NCBI GenBank assembly: GCA_040954595.2
Contig: CM082582.2
Location: 8,202,325-8,266,324 of the forward strand
DNA length: 64,000 bases
Direction: 5' to 3'
Origin: Balanoglossus misakiensis
Taxonomy: Eukaryota; Animalia; Hemichordata
Below are positions 1 to 13,715 of this stretch, piece by piece (position 1 is the stretch's first letter; every line of letters starts with the position of its first letter). The notes below the pieces were generated by a model. That model ran no database searches. It worked only from the letters and a program-made list of their open reading frames with translations, and was not told where the DNA came from. Position numbers and translations under genes: made by a program.

Positions 1-457
1 TACTGAATCCCTCAGTAATACTTTGAAAGACTCATTTCTGCAAATCTCCCTGGAGGTGTATTTATCATTTTCAAGCAAAATTTGAAAACCTGCGAGCAAA
101 CTTTTTTTCTTCATATGATGTAAGACATTCCTTTTATCAACCCGGATTAAAACATTTGGATTGTTGTGGCCTTAGGTTAATGCTATTAACAGTAATGTTG
201 AGAATAATAAGTTCAGTGGGGAAAGTGACCTTTAGACGTTTCTTCATATTCTTGTACAGGTATAGAGAGACATTAGTGATTGGCTGTTTTTCATCCTGTA
301 GTGTTCATTCGGGATGTACACGCTCTATTGGAATACTTGTATTGTCTCGTCCCATTATTTTAAAATGATAATTGCTGGAAACCCCCACTTGCACTTTTTT
401 ATATTTCTCATAACATAATCCTTTATACATTTTTCATCTTTTTGTTTAACTTCACAG

Positions 458-3400
458 AATTGTGTTTTGTGGCATAATCATGAAGAAGTACGTGGAATGC
501 AACATTTCTCAGAAGTCACACACAACAATAAAATATTTCATGAAGATGTTGAGCAGCATTAGCGAGACCATCATCTTCATGTTCCTGGGTTTATCTGCGG
601 TTCGTGACGACCATGTCTGGGATGCGCCCTTCATATTTTGTACTCTGTTTTTCTGTCTCTTTTTCAGAGCCGTAGGTAAGAATGCATTTTGAGAATTTTT
701 GAAGCTGATATTTCAAATTTTGTACCAGATTTCCCATTCTTTGTGGGCCATATAAAAGTACCAGTTACAAATACAACCACAAAATTTCCGCAAATGGCTT
801 CTCAGATAACCACAAACTTTTGACCAATCAACAACCACCTTTCAGCAGTTTCATTGAACCATCCAATCCGATTCCCACTTGCATTTCCCAGGTGTTATCA
901 TTCTGACAGCATTGGCGAATCAGTTCCGAGCTGTCAAAGTCAACAAAGTGGAGCAGTTCATCATGGCTTATGGTGGACTTCGCGGTGCTATAGCCTTCTC
1001 TCTGGTGATCCTTCTGGAAGCTCCCACAGCAGATCTGCAGACGAAGAAAGCCCTCATGGTCACCACTACCATGATCGTTGTGTTTTTTACTGTTTTTGTA
1101 CAGGTATGTGCACATAGTTGTTAGTGGAAGACCATGATAATTTTCCATCTTTATTTTCATGGTTCTGTAGTCAGAATTGGATCTTTGACATCTTGAGACC
1201 CCTTTAATCAGTGTATGTATTTTGTGCCAAAATAATTCAAATTGTAACATAGAACTCTTAATTAACCTATCACATTGAGAAATGTCTCACAAATAGTTTA
1301 CACCAAGATCTCACACTTTTCAAATTCCAGTGTCAAACAATTAATTACTTAACAGTACTGATTGCATTAAAATTTAAATGATCTGTGGAAATGAATCTTT
1401 ATTCGGAAAGGCCGTTGGTTTTGCCATGCCACTATCCTTCAATATTCTAACCACGTTTGCGACCAAATAGCACTGACTCCCCTCTGAACTGTGACATTTT
1501 TGTGAGAAAGGAGAGTTGGTCTGATAACATGGGTGATACTCTCGTATTCCATTTCATTCCATTGCTCTCTTTATTTCCAGGGAATGTCGATAAAACCCTT
1601 GGTGAATAAATTGAAAGTCAAGAGAAGCAACAAGCATAAACCCAGTATGGGTGAAAAGATATTTACAAGGGTAAGTTTTTACATGCAATTGAATTCTGGC
1701 TCCCTATCTCAACCCTGTCCACCCCCTAGTACATAATGGTTTAGCCTTGTCTGAAATACCGAAACCAGATTGTCATGGTAGTAAAGTTTGTCCAATCTCT
1801 TTGTAAGATAAACCGTATTAATCTAATACATGAGCAGTGTATTAAATAAATTCAAGTAAAATTGCTTAGATCATTGAATTATTCTTGCCAATTACACAAG
1901 TATTTTCCATTTGAAATCTAAAATCTGATATTGCATTTAGTTCAAACCTAATGTGTAGCTACAGAAATAATGAATTAATCATGATATGGAATTTATTTGG
2001 GGACTTTGCGCTTCTATGAAAAATTAGATTTCTGTCATCAAGGTTGTGGCTGGGTGATCCTTCAAAGCACTCCTAAATTATAAATGCACACAAACGTAGC
2101 AACAGATTTGAGTGCCTTCATAAATCATATGAAGTAATTTAGAGACTCTGCTTTTTCATAACATATGGCTATCATGTAGAAACATTGCTTGTCACAGTTT
2201 CATCAAAGTCATTCTACTAAACAAATTCTTTTCAAAGTATTTTGTGTCCTGTCATTTTTTATCTTCAACGATAGTAGCAGTGGCTGGAAAAAATATGTAC
2301 TGTACAAAAATACGTCATTTGCCTCCCATACAAATTGTATTTCTGAGAATTATGGTTCTGTGTATTGAACCATTGTAAAATAAGGTTGGAACTATCAGTA
2401 GTGTGGAAAGGTAAATCGGTTTACGTAATGAAGCCCTTTGAAGCAGTTTGAAAAGAACGTAATTTTCTTTAGTGAGGTACTCAATCCTTTCCTGTCCAGA
2501 ATTTCTTTTTTTTTCCAGTTCAGTTGATTAACAAAATGTTGCTTCCGTATTGTACGTAACCATGGATACTAGCTGTCGGTGATTGACCACACAGTTTGCA
2601 GTTTCTTTCTTTGTTTACACAGTGTCAGATATTCATATCAGAAGGCTTGACCACCATGTTCTCAAGTTGCCCAGTTCTTTGAAGTAATAGTGTTTTTTTT
2701 CACAGGAACTATCACCAAGAGAATAGTGCCTACTTTGAAACTCACTTGAAAACACTTTCCTTGTTATATTGAGAAAATTCCATGAAAACTTGCCTTGTCA
2801 GTATAATTGCAATACAAAATGTTTGGCCGTTTTCAAAATCTCTGTCGAATTGTCTCCCTGATGACAAGGGGAACCTCAGATAACATCAGATTACATCAGA
2901 TTTCCAAAAACATCATTTGAAGAAGACCCCATATAATCTTGAATACAATTTATTTTTCACCCATACATGATCAGAGAAAGGGATAACAAAAATATTCCAG
3001 ATTTCAGCACAATACAAAGTTCACAGACTGCGTAGCCTGAACAACATCGACAAGGCATTTTAGCCGTGGGCGGAATACTGATTTTGTACCTAACAGATTA
3101 GTTACATGGCTGAATCAAAATGATTCTAAGCCTGAGATTTACTACCACATCAATTTGCAGTTGTTGGATCACTCTATGGCAGGCATTGAAGATATCATTG
3201 GTTCCCATGGACACAATTACTGGAGAGACAAGTATGTTATTTCTGGTTTACTTTTTTTTTTACAAGCACTGCATCTCGGTTTGGTCGTGTGTGCAGAGAA
3301 TAATTGATGTGGACTGATGGGTACATTAGAGTGATGATGTCATGTTTGACATTAAATGAACCTTGAAAATTGTTGCTGGAGGGGTTTATCCAAATTTTGA

Positions 3401-6400
3401 TCGCCCAAAGTGGAAAATAATAAAACCTGATTTCCTCCAGCAGTTATTCTCATCTTACAAATTGAATTGTTATTTTCTCAAAAGTTTTGGAAATCGTAAT
3501 TATTTATGCCTACAGGATTAAATTTCCTGGGCTTTCTGAGAGAAGTTCTGCAGGCTCAATCAATCATGAAAGTGCCCTTATCATTTTGAAAGGAACATTG
3601 TGATTGGCTGTCGCGGTCACTGAAGTGACCAATTACATAACTGGACTACAGCGACAAACTTATCCTGTCACTCACGGTGCTCTCTGGCCCCCCTCCCCTC
3701 GATGAGAGATTGGGAAGCAAAACAGAACAACTCAAGTGATGGATCTGCCATCGATGAATACATCGTATGGCTGTACAAACAACCATCAATGATTGGTTGC
3801 TTGGCAATGTCATTTAGGGTCAGATTCCCAGAATGCACCATCAAGTGCAGTCCCAGCATACTAAGTATACATTTCAGGGATCCACAGAATTTACCGTCTT
3901 GAACTTTAACCCCTGACCTTTGTACTTTCATCGTCACGCTACAGATATGAAGACATGGATCGGAGATACCTGATGCCTCTGTTGCTACGGGAACTGCCAG
4001 AATCCAAAGATTCGCAGATCTTGCAAGTTTACACCAACCTGAACATCAAAGATGCGATGGAGTATGTGAAAAGTGCGGGCTCTTTCAACATCTATCGTGG
4101 AACGGGCAGTATGGCCAATTTCATCCGTCGCAATGCATCCACCTCTATGTTTGGCCAGGATTCAGAAGGAAGGTATAAAGAAGCTGTTCTATTATAAGTT
4201 AAATTCACACCACTAAACCACTGTACGCATTATTAATTAACCTCTTCACCGCCATGGTTCAGTCCTACCCCATTATTTCCTATATGTTGGACCTCTAATG
4301 AGAGAACTATAGGGTTGAAAGGGTTAAAGTGAATTCAGACTGGGATTTCATCAACTTTGAGGCTATAGTTGTCAAAAGCATCATACCAATCAGGGTGTCC
4401 AGTGTTTAAAGGAATTGATGCAGAATAGTTATGACATTTCCAGAGTGAAACTGGAGACCAGTTTCCCATGTAATAAGAGCTGGTCTCCCCGAACAGTTCT
4501 TTGTCAGGCAAATTGATAACAGGAATGGCAGATGTAACATTTGAGAAATCTGACATTTGTAAATGTCATTATTGACATCATTATGTGATCATTTGAACCT
4601 CTCCATTATATCATTAAAGGTACTGAAATTTTGGTGAATTGAAATCTAATTTTACAAATTCCATATCAATTTAACCAAGGCACTCCACAGTCATACACAA
4701 TGATATTTCACAATTCTGATTAATGCAAGGCTTCCTGCATTTTTTAAAATGAATTCCTGACTTGATCTGAACAGTTCATTATAAGACACTGAAAAGTGAG
4801 ACATTATTAAGTTTTATTGTTCTGATGAATTCGTCACGAACTGATCAAAATATCAGAATGTTATGTCAAAACACCTACTTGTCAATTTGACGCACCTCTA
4901 GAATTGACACTGATCACTGGCAAACACCCATCACCCATGCACGTAATTGCAACATAATTGACCACCCAGGTAGACTAGTTAATAACCTCCTCAGCTTCTG
5001 ACACCAGTGAGTGAAACCTCGCGAGTCAACCGCATTTTCACCGACCCCTGGAAAAATAATGAATGACAAGCAATCACTGTGAGTCTCCCCTACAAGGCTG
5101 CTACTTGTTATTGACATAATATCAGCAGTGCAGGTGGTCGGAGCCCGTAAAAATGTGATTGCAGAAGTTGACTTGTGTGTGTTTTTTTTTGCTGTGTGAC
5201 ATTTTGTGTCAGTTGGGGTGTGGTACAATTCTGCAGGATATTAAACCACCCACGGATGTGCCATTGAGTGTACGCTACGAAAACAGACAGGATGTGCGAT
5301 GAACTATGTAAGATGACATAATGTCATTTTAATAAGAGGATAGTGCTTTTTGAAACATGCCTTGTGCATCAGTACGATTACTCTCGGGAAATACCCGGTA
5401 CTTGCATGAATATTTTAAAATGTGGTACGAATGTGGAATAAAGAGATGTACTCAAGGGTGTGAATTCATTGGTGATAATTTCTGGCCATTTTGACGATCA
5501 TATTGATCCGAATGTATACAGTTTAATTACCATGCTTAATATTCCAGTCCATTTAAATCTGATATTTGTGAAAATACAACCAACATTTATCATTATTTTG
5601 ATTTCTTGCCAGTCTCCGTACCATCCCGCATGGCATGAGCGGTATATGCCTGGATATGCACAGCGTCGGTGGTGCTGGGGAGCTGGCTGCCAGGGAGATA
5701 GACGATGCTGAGTTACATCATTTACAAGACATGGTTCTGAGCAGTATGCACCAGCCGATCAGGAAGGTGAGGTCAAAGGTCGTGTCGCGCTCTCATAAAG
5801 CGCGCATCACAACTGTCATCATTTGTCATCATTTAAAAGGAACTGTCGCGTGTGTCTGTGTCGTTCAGCTCGTTAAAAAGTGCTGGCTCAGCAACTTGTG
5901 TGCCTCTGTGTGACTTTTACATCCTGGCATTTTTGATTGCTGCAGGTTTGAATTTCTTCTCCAAGTCATCTATTCTGTTTCACTTTATTTGTTTCTAGTG
6001 TGTTGCAACTTTTACTCGCCAAAAATTGCCTTTTTCAGTTGAACGATGAAAAACCATGTACGAACACAAATGCCGGGATGTACATATAAGGTTCAATGCA
6101 GAGTTCATGGCTATATGGCCAATTGCCCTTCTTTTGGGAATTGCTTTATGCTGCTTGTAGTAATTGAAAATTTAGTTTGCCTGATGCATGAGTGATCATA
6201 CTATTGCAACTTTACTGTGGTTTGCAGGTCTTAAGAGGGCGCTATCTGCAGGTAAATTAGCTGTATGCTGACAGTTGTGGTTTGAGTGCCCCCTTACAAA
6301 CAGTGCTAACTTTTTTCACCATCTTTGCTGCAAGGTATAAGTTTGGCTGTTGGTGTTGAAAGTTTTAAGGAGGACATTGCACTACTCGGGTATACACTTG

Positions 6401-9400
6401 AAGTTGACTATTGTTATCGTCACTAACAAATCATTTAATATGACAGGATTTCTGGTGATGATAGGGTTGATTTTCACATCAGCTTACAACACTTTGACTG
6501 GTACACATTTCTGAAATCTCATTGCAGTGTGACTGTGTTCAGTTTCTGTGCGTTCCTCCCTGTAACACACGAGTGGTGTGATACGTACATTTAGTTTTTT
6601 CTAACAAGTTTGATTTTGGAAAGATTTCTGATGGTGGACAGATTGTGTGTTGTCATGGGGTATACACAGTATATCACATTTATTTGCTTTCCATGAAATA
6701 GTCACACATGCAGAAATTGTGACCATGCTGTTTTTGGTTTCCAATTTAAAATGAGGAAGTTACGGCTATTAAACAATGTAAGTTCACTTTTTGATGACAT
6801 TGTGCACTGTTTGTTGTTTCAGGACCGGTGCAGGAGAATGAGCAGCCGTTTACCTGAAGCAGACAGCGATCAGAATTTATTGCACAGGAGCGTCCACCTC
6901 CACCTTCGTCACGTCGTGAAACAGAGGAAGAAACGAGCCAGAATGGCACGGAGCAAAGCAGCTGGGCGTCACAACGGAAGCACGGTCATGGAGAATGGGG
7001 GTCAGAAGTTGAGGGTGCCAGATAAAGAATTTGAAGGCAGAACGAAGATTTCTGGTGAGGATGAATAGATGTTATAGAGGGTGGACAGATGAACAATTCT
7101 GATATACAGTTTTGGCACTGTAGATCTCAGTGAGTTGAGTCTTGAGAACTGACTATTTTTATTGTACTTTTCACACAAAGTAAAATATGAAAACTAGGAA
7201 AAATTTGGTTGTCAATGATTAAAAACATTACGTACGGCCTTATTAATTATTCACCACTATTGAAACATCGTTTCTTCAACAGGACCAGTACAGGTCAAAG
7301 TGTACCCACCACAACCAGAGCCATTGGATTTAGATGATGAGGGCGGTATAACTTTCACAGCACGTCCAGGTAAACTATTTGCATTTGGTCTTATGTGAAC
7401 AGTTTTTACTGTAACAATTCTGTAACTTATACTTGAAGATGACACATCCCATGTTCTTTCATCTATTTAATTATTTTTTTCTAAGTCTCATATCATGTCA
7501 TTTTTAGGAAATATTTGTATGTGTGTTGTTGACAATTTCAGTAGACTGTCATTCTCCCTTCTTTGATGTCAGTAATTTGTTTTATTTCTGTAATTTTCAT
7601 GTATTTTTTTTTCCTGTTCCATCCTCATGTGTTGTTCTGTGACTCAGTGCCTGATAGCCCTTCACCCGGTCCCTATTTGGAAGTCCCTGCCAAATCACGT
7701 TGTAAGTACCGATAACCCATATCCAGACTTCGTCATGAAAATGCACATTTTTGTCAAAAAGGTGGTGTTTTAATTTTAAAAAGTAGACTCTTAGGGATGA
7801 TAGATAATGTACAATTCTCTTTTTTCCTCCTTTCTTTAAAGTCAATGTGGAAATCATATTGGAGTTCTCAGAAATGGATGTTTTGATCATACATAATTGA
7901 TAATCCCCTAGCAAATTCTATATGATTCTTTTTTGTAAATAGTGAAATAAATTGAGGGTTCATTGTGTATCTATATGCACCATCCCAAATTGCCAGAGAC
8001 ATTTTAATTTTCTTTTCTTTCAAGAACTGTCACTTTTACTATTTTAAAGTAGACCTGAACCCATATTGATAATTTCTTTTCTATATCTTTCCTCCATTCT
8101 ATGGTATAATGTTTTTAATTTCTTTTTTCTGTCATTTTGACTTCCTTTTTTTTCTATTCTTTTTCTGTTCTCTATCTTAGTTCATTATCATCATACTCCT
8201 CCTCATTTAGATGTTCCTCCAGAGTCGCCCCGTAAGTATCGCAACCCAGAAATATATTTCACTGTCATACACTTTGATATGTAGCATTGGTAGTCTTGAC
8301 TCCATAAAAGATGATTTTCCGCTCATTGCGAGATCTTGCAATTCCACATGCACCCAACCCACAACAATATCATCTGTGATATTCTTCTATGTCTCTTTAC
8401 TTCCAACACAGTTGTAATTTCACTTTTCACTTCACCCATGAACCTAGTCCATGTAGCATTAGGTTCACTATAAAAGTATCTGTTTATCCAAGCATGCTAT
8501 TTCAGCCCATACTGAGATTTAGTTGATAACTATTGTTATTTGAAGAAATCAAACAATTTTATTCACTTTTCAACCATCATGGTACCAGTGGACATCGCTG
8601 CTTTGCTATGCTAAATCGCTATGCTTAACTAGCTGGGGTCAAAATTAAAATAAAACAGTTCCACGCAAATATTGACCACTCCATACTGTATAATAGAAAT
8701 CCATAGATAATGTTTTCTGTAAATAGTTGGTTTCCAAAAAAGCAGACCGTCTAAATTTTATTTTCTTAATTGTTAACCAGTGTTGATGGAAAAGGCCATG
8801 CTCTTCACAATAGCAGGTAAGAATGAAAAAAAGAGCATATGACAAAGGAGGCATGAAAGGAAATCTTCCCAAAATACTCTCTCAGCCCAATCCTGATATT
8901 GATCACATTGTACACTCTGCCCTGCATGCACTAACACTCATATGTTGTTTTTTTATTTTGTTTGTGATTTTATTTTATTTTTTTTGGTGTGTTTCTTTGT
9001 TTGCTAGTAAGGTCTTTTTTGTTTGTTTTTCTTATATTTTTCTTACATTTTATTAGCAGCGAAATCTCTAAGAAATCGCCCAGCCAGCTTATTGAGCGTA
9101 ACAGTAATGCCGAAAGACTGGTACCTGAGTGTGGCAGGGTTATTGCTAAGACTAACTACATTTTAAAATATGAACTAAATAAAGAACCGTGAACAAATGT
9201 AGACATTCTTTGAAAGGGAAGAAGTTTTTGCACCGGTGATCCAATACACTTAATGTACTGTAATGTGTTATCAGTTGTTTAATAGTCACTAGAGAAATGC
9301 AACAAAATAATGTATGTACTTCTAGCACAATCTGTGAAAATTCAGTGGAAACTTGAAAGATGTAAAAGTGTGCCCTCAATGTCCAGATCGACTGTCAGAA

Positions 9401-11484
9401 CGCATTCGAAAAACCAAAAATCCCTAGGCCTATCTTAAGAGTGGAAATGTCTTAATTCTAACACTAACATGTTCTGTGGTGGTTGGAAACTGTGTGATAT
9501 AAATGATTAACCAATCAAGAATTTGGTTTCATCAAAATTTTCTTCTTGACTGTTTACAGCTAGGCTGTCACATCCAATGGCTGAATTTTTCTTCTTCAAC
9601 AGAAACCGAAACAGATGCCCTACTTGGTTCGCCTCGTACATCCGTTACCGTGGAAACACCCACAGCAGCTGAGACGGACGACGAAGAAGACATCATGGAA
9701 CCGACGGCGGCCGAGTCCTGGCTGCCCTGGAAGGAGTTCTCGGACCAGCCCCGGGTGTCGGAGAGGGCCGCGGAGGAGACCCTGGGCGTTTTCGGAATCC
9801 CGGTGGAGGTGCTGCTCACGCCCAAGCAGTGCGAGGAGGAGGAGCTCCAAGGTATAGTGCGGGAGCGCAGAAACAGTCTGCAGTCGTACGCTCCCCAGAG
9901 GCGGGGCAGCGTGGACAGCGTCAACGCCGTGCCCAAGGGCAGCAAGGTCATCCGCCGGCTGTTGCTTCGGCGACAGAGCGAGACCACGCCGCCCAATCAC
10001 TACGCGCTCATGCTGCCCAGTTCGCCGCCGCGCATGAGACGACACAGTGACATTCGTCCCTACGACTACCACGCAGTGCCTCAGGACGACGATGGCGTCG
10101 GCGACTCGCCGGCTCATTGCTTGAAAAATTTCAGCCCTCAACTTTCCCGCCATCATCACCACCATCACCACCACCATCATGAACACCATCCTCACAGAAG
10201 CAGTAAGTACAGTGCGTGCATGGAACATGTCAAATTTTGTCTTTATGTTCAAAGTTGCGGTGTTGTTCTGTTGTAAAATACATTGTATAACATTTAATAA
10301 GCATCATCAAGTCAAAAGCAAATACCATCAAAATCCTGAGTTCATGTGTTCCATTGGTGTATATACATGTAGTTTGTTTTTGTTTTGTATTATTTTAAAT
10401 ATACCCTGGTACATTTCATATTCAAAGTAATTTACAGTACACTATATTGCATGCCTGTGGAAAAAGGGGACACCACACTAAACTACACAATAGTATGTGG
10501 ACGAAAAAGCTGCTTTCACACATTGTAAAAGACCCTCCTCACATAATTTTTCCCCAACTATATATTTACACCATTTTGTGTCAAGTTAAGGTTGGGATCA
10601 AGTCAGTAATTTTGCCACATTTGCCCACAATGCTAAAAATTAATTCTGCAATACCTACCCATATATTCCCGAATCCATATCTGATCACACATGACGAAAA
10701 CATCATGGAAAATCATTCCATTATAGAATTGCCTGATCCTGTCAGACTGCTATCACACACCTGACTCCATGAGTGAACGCTGTTTCACCAATCACAAAAC
10801 AGCTGCATTTCAAATGCGCTTGACATACATAACGCCAGCCAATCACATGACAAACAAAGCAGCAGTTGCAAGGAGAATCAGCTATCTGACCAATCACAGA
10901 GTAGCCCCATTCACAGTTGATTCACCAATCACATTGTGCAGATACATCAGTTGACATGGACACATCCTCCAAATATATCACCCCAGTCTGGTTCTCTGAC
11001 CCATTCTGCCATTGCAATCACAAAAAGGGTCTGGTACGCGCCGTTGTAGCCGTTCAAGTCATTGGCCAATGTACTGAGCATTCCAATTGGTGAATATACC
11101 CCGGTATATTTCATTCGTCTCTGAAACAGGCCTTTATAGACAGGTGGCCTTTAAACAGCTAGTAAATTGGACAGGAATTGTAACCAAGTGGCCACTATAA
11201 CAGTAGACACCTTTCCATTATATAGAGGTGACCACTAACGCAGGTTTGACTGTAATGTAATGGGTGAATTGGTCCCTTTATAAATGTCATTTCTCTTTCA
11301 TCCTCTGCGTCTTCCAGGAGAAAGCCTGCAACAGGAGGATGAGAACCAACTCCAGGTTGTCAATGAGGATCGTCGGGAAGACGTGGAACTTGTGCCGAGG
11401 ATAGTCTTGTTCTCACCGCAGTCGACAGAAGACGTCAGGATCAACATATCAGATGAATCCCTGGAAAAAGAATCCACTGTTTGA
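458..11484 (+). CDS. SLC9A: Na+/H+ exchanger (SLC9A/NHE, plasma-membrane NHE1-5-like), 5'-partial, multi-exon
   Basis: Frame-consistent GT-AG exons: 458-675, 892-1103, 1581-1670, 3161-3231, 3945-4172, 5613-5766, 6823-7054, 7283-7369, (7648-7701), (8211-8231), 9603-10202, 11318-11484. NHE hallmarks: [85 protein letters not shown]. The protein ends ESTV*. Upstream exons lie outside the window. Confidence 0.93.
4237..4327 (+). mobile_element. piggyBac-like MITE, copy 1 (NHE intron)
   Basis: TTAA-cctcttcaccgccatggttcagtcc...gttggacctcta...gttgaaaggg-TTAA, homologous to the other copies. Confidence 0.7.
7648..7701 (+). CDS. Candidate 54-nt cassette exon of the NHE tail ([18 protein letters not shown])
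   Basis: Pyrimidine-rich acceptor ...gactcag, donor gtaagt at 7702, phase 1-1 matching the flanking exons, open frame. Confidence 0.6.
8211..8231 (+). CDS. Candidate 21-nt micro-exon of the NHE tail (DVPPESP)
   Basis: Long polypyrimidine tract upstream, ...catttag acceptor, gtaagt donor at 8232, phase 1-1, open frame. Confidence 0.6.
11126..11254 (-). mobile_element. Remnant of a Tc1/pogo(Tigger)-type MITE end
   Basis: Ends in CAGGTTTGACTG-TA (reverse complement TA-CAGTCAAACCTG) with repeated AGGTGGCC/AGGTGACC subterminal motifs. A similar TA-CAGTAAAACTTG end occurs at 25806. Confidence 0.4.
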
Positions 11485-13715
11485 AGGTTGCCATGGAAAT
11501 GCAGTGCTGTTTATAGCATTTTGTCATGGAAACATGAAAGGGGCATGAAAATCGCATACAGCCCAATTAAATGGCCGGAAAAAAAAACATTGTTTAATTC
11601 GTTAGAAAACAAAATAACACTTTTGTTTATTTGAAGGGAACACCCATCAAATCGAAACTTTAGAGTTCAGAATAGAAGACATACATTATACAGAGATATT
11701 GCCATAGTGACAGATTTGTGAAGGTTAGTATCTGATATTTGGCCATGAATGGTACTTGCTGATTTCAGTGTAAAGCACAATTACACTGATTATCTCATTA
11801 AAATTGTGGACAATGCTCTGCTTCACCTTAATTGATTAGAGATGATGTGCTTGGAAATACATGCTTGTATACTCAGTTCTAATAACATGTTACATGTACA
11901 TCTTTATTGAAAATGTTAATTGCTTACGTCTATCACAACTTCACATGTACCTACACATGTACACATGCACAGCTTCACACACACACAAACAAACGCACAT
12001 TTGCACAAAAATGTATGAGACATATTGTACTCAAATTTATTCAACAAATGTACATGTACTTGCAAAGAACTATGGTACATGTACTTTAAAGAGAATAGAG
12101 TTTTATAAATATAAGAGTGACATATTTTAATATAAGCAGAAATAATTTAAAACTTATTCTTTGTGAAAAGTGTGTGTGAGAATGCAAAGGGCAGCAGAGT
12201 TTAATTAATAACATGATATAAATTTACACATTGCTTTCAGGTAAGGAAAATGTCTTAAAGTGGGCATGTACAGATTATATCACCGTGAGTATTTTTAGAA
12301 GCAGTGCTGTGAAACGATTTTGTTTCACATATTCTGGTGTTCCTTTTGGATTATAGCAGTTGTTTTCTTCCCTGATATGTCGAAGATCAAAAGAAATATT
12401 TGGTTTCATACATGAAGTTTATACATGTATCTTGAGTTCTGTGGCTTTCAGTACACTTGTGTGTTTAACCAAAGATATGGCTACACTAGTACAATAAGGG
12501 GGTAAGGAGATGGGCAGGAGACAGCTGATTGCAATGTATATATAATATATTACAATGGCAGATCTATATACACACATTTATTTCAGGAAGAGAATGCTGT
12601 TGCTTGCTGTCTGTGAATGGCAGCTAGCTAATAATTGTCAAATTCATTGCACCATGCATGAACATTTACATGTTTTGTTGTACAGAAATCTGATCAAAGT
12701 TAATGTCGACTTGTAAAGCGGTGTATAAAATTTCTCTGTATTTTTTGTTGTAAATTTTTGGCTTTGTATTTTCTAATTATAATCGGTAGTGTTTCTAGAG
12801 ACGAGTTATAATAATGTATCAACTTTGCCACGCCAATGCAAACTTGCCACATTATGTAGCTGTCCTCATATAACATAAAATAAGTTTCTTGTGCCCTGGA
12901 ATCACTCTATAACTTTTGCCAAACGATATCTCAGGCACTAGGGTCCCAAAGAGACCAGACTATGTAGACAGTAGTAATGCTATATGTATATTCTTGGTTC
13001 TCTGTGTTTTTGGAGTTTTCTCTAGACTACAAATCACAAATTAGGAAACACCAGTACAAGTGGTATTGTCTTATCTAGGGGGGAAAGAAGTAATTATTGA
13101 TATGCATATTGAAAACACTTAAAATTTGTAAATACTGTGTAAATGAAAAAAAGGTGAGTGTACAAGACAACAGAAGAAAAAGATTGACTTGAAATTGTAT
13201 AGATAATTTACAGCAGGAATTGATGAAATTGAGAATTATTTTGTCAGGCATTTACATTACGTTTTTGGCAAAACTTACAAAAGATTATTTTTGTATTAAG
13301 TTTTCATAAAGCAATAAAAAAGTACAGCTGTCTTTTTGATACAGTATGAAGAGCTAATGAATACAACCTGCATAAAATGAACTAACTACTGCAAGAACTG
13401 ACCATTACAGCTATGCAAGGTTGTACAGCGTTGTTTAGTCTTGAGGTTTCGGTCAACCTATAGAATGCTTGTCCTTCTACTGGGTAGTTAAGTATGATTT
13501 CTGAAACTTTGAAACCAGGTTAAGTGTAGGCTAGAATTACTAGATTTTGTGTGAATGTTGTTTTTGTCTGTGTTATTGACAAAATATCTATAAAGATCTT
13601 TTCAGACAATAGAGTGTGGTCGGTTCTCCATATTTGTGAATGCTGTTCTTGTCTTCTCTGCGCCAAGTGTATGCAAAATTGTGGAACTTTTTATAACATA
13701 GAATATCACTTTTTT

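Noticed and set aside
9568-10252. Overlapping antisense and alternate-frame ORFs (also 14322-15335, 23063-23658, 44482-44916, 56675-57199, 58364-58752)
   Set aside because: They are shadows of GC-rich real exons, with no motifs or splice structure of their own.
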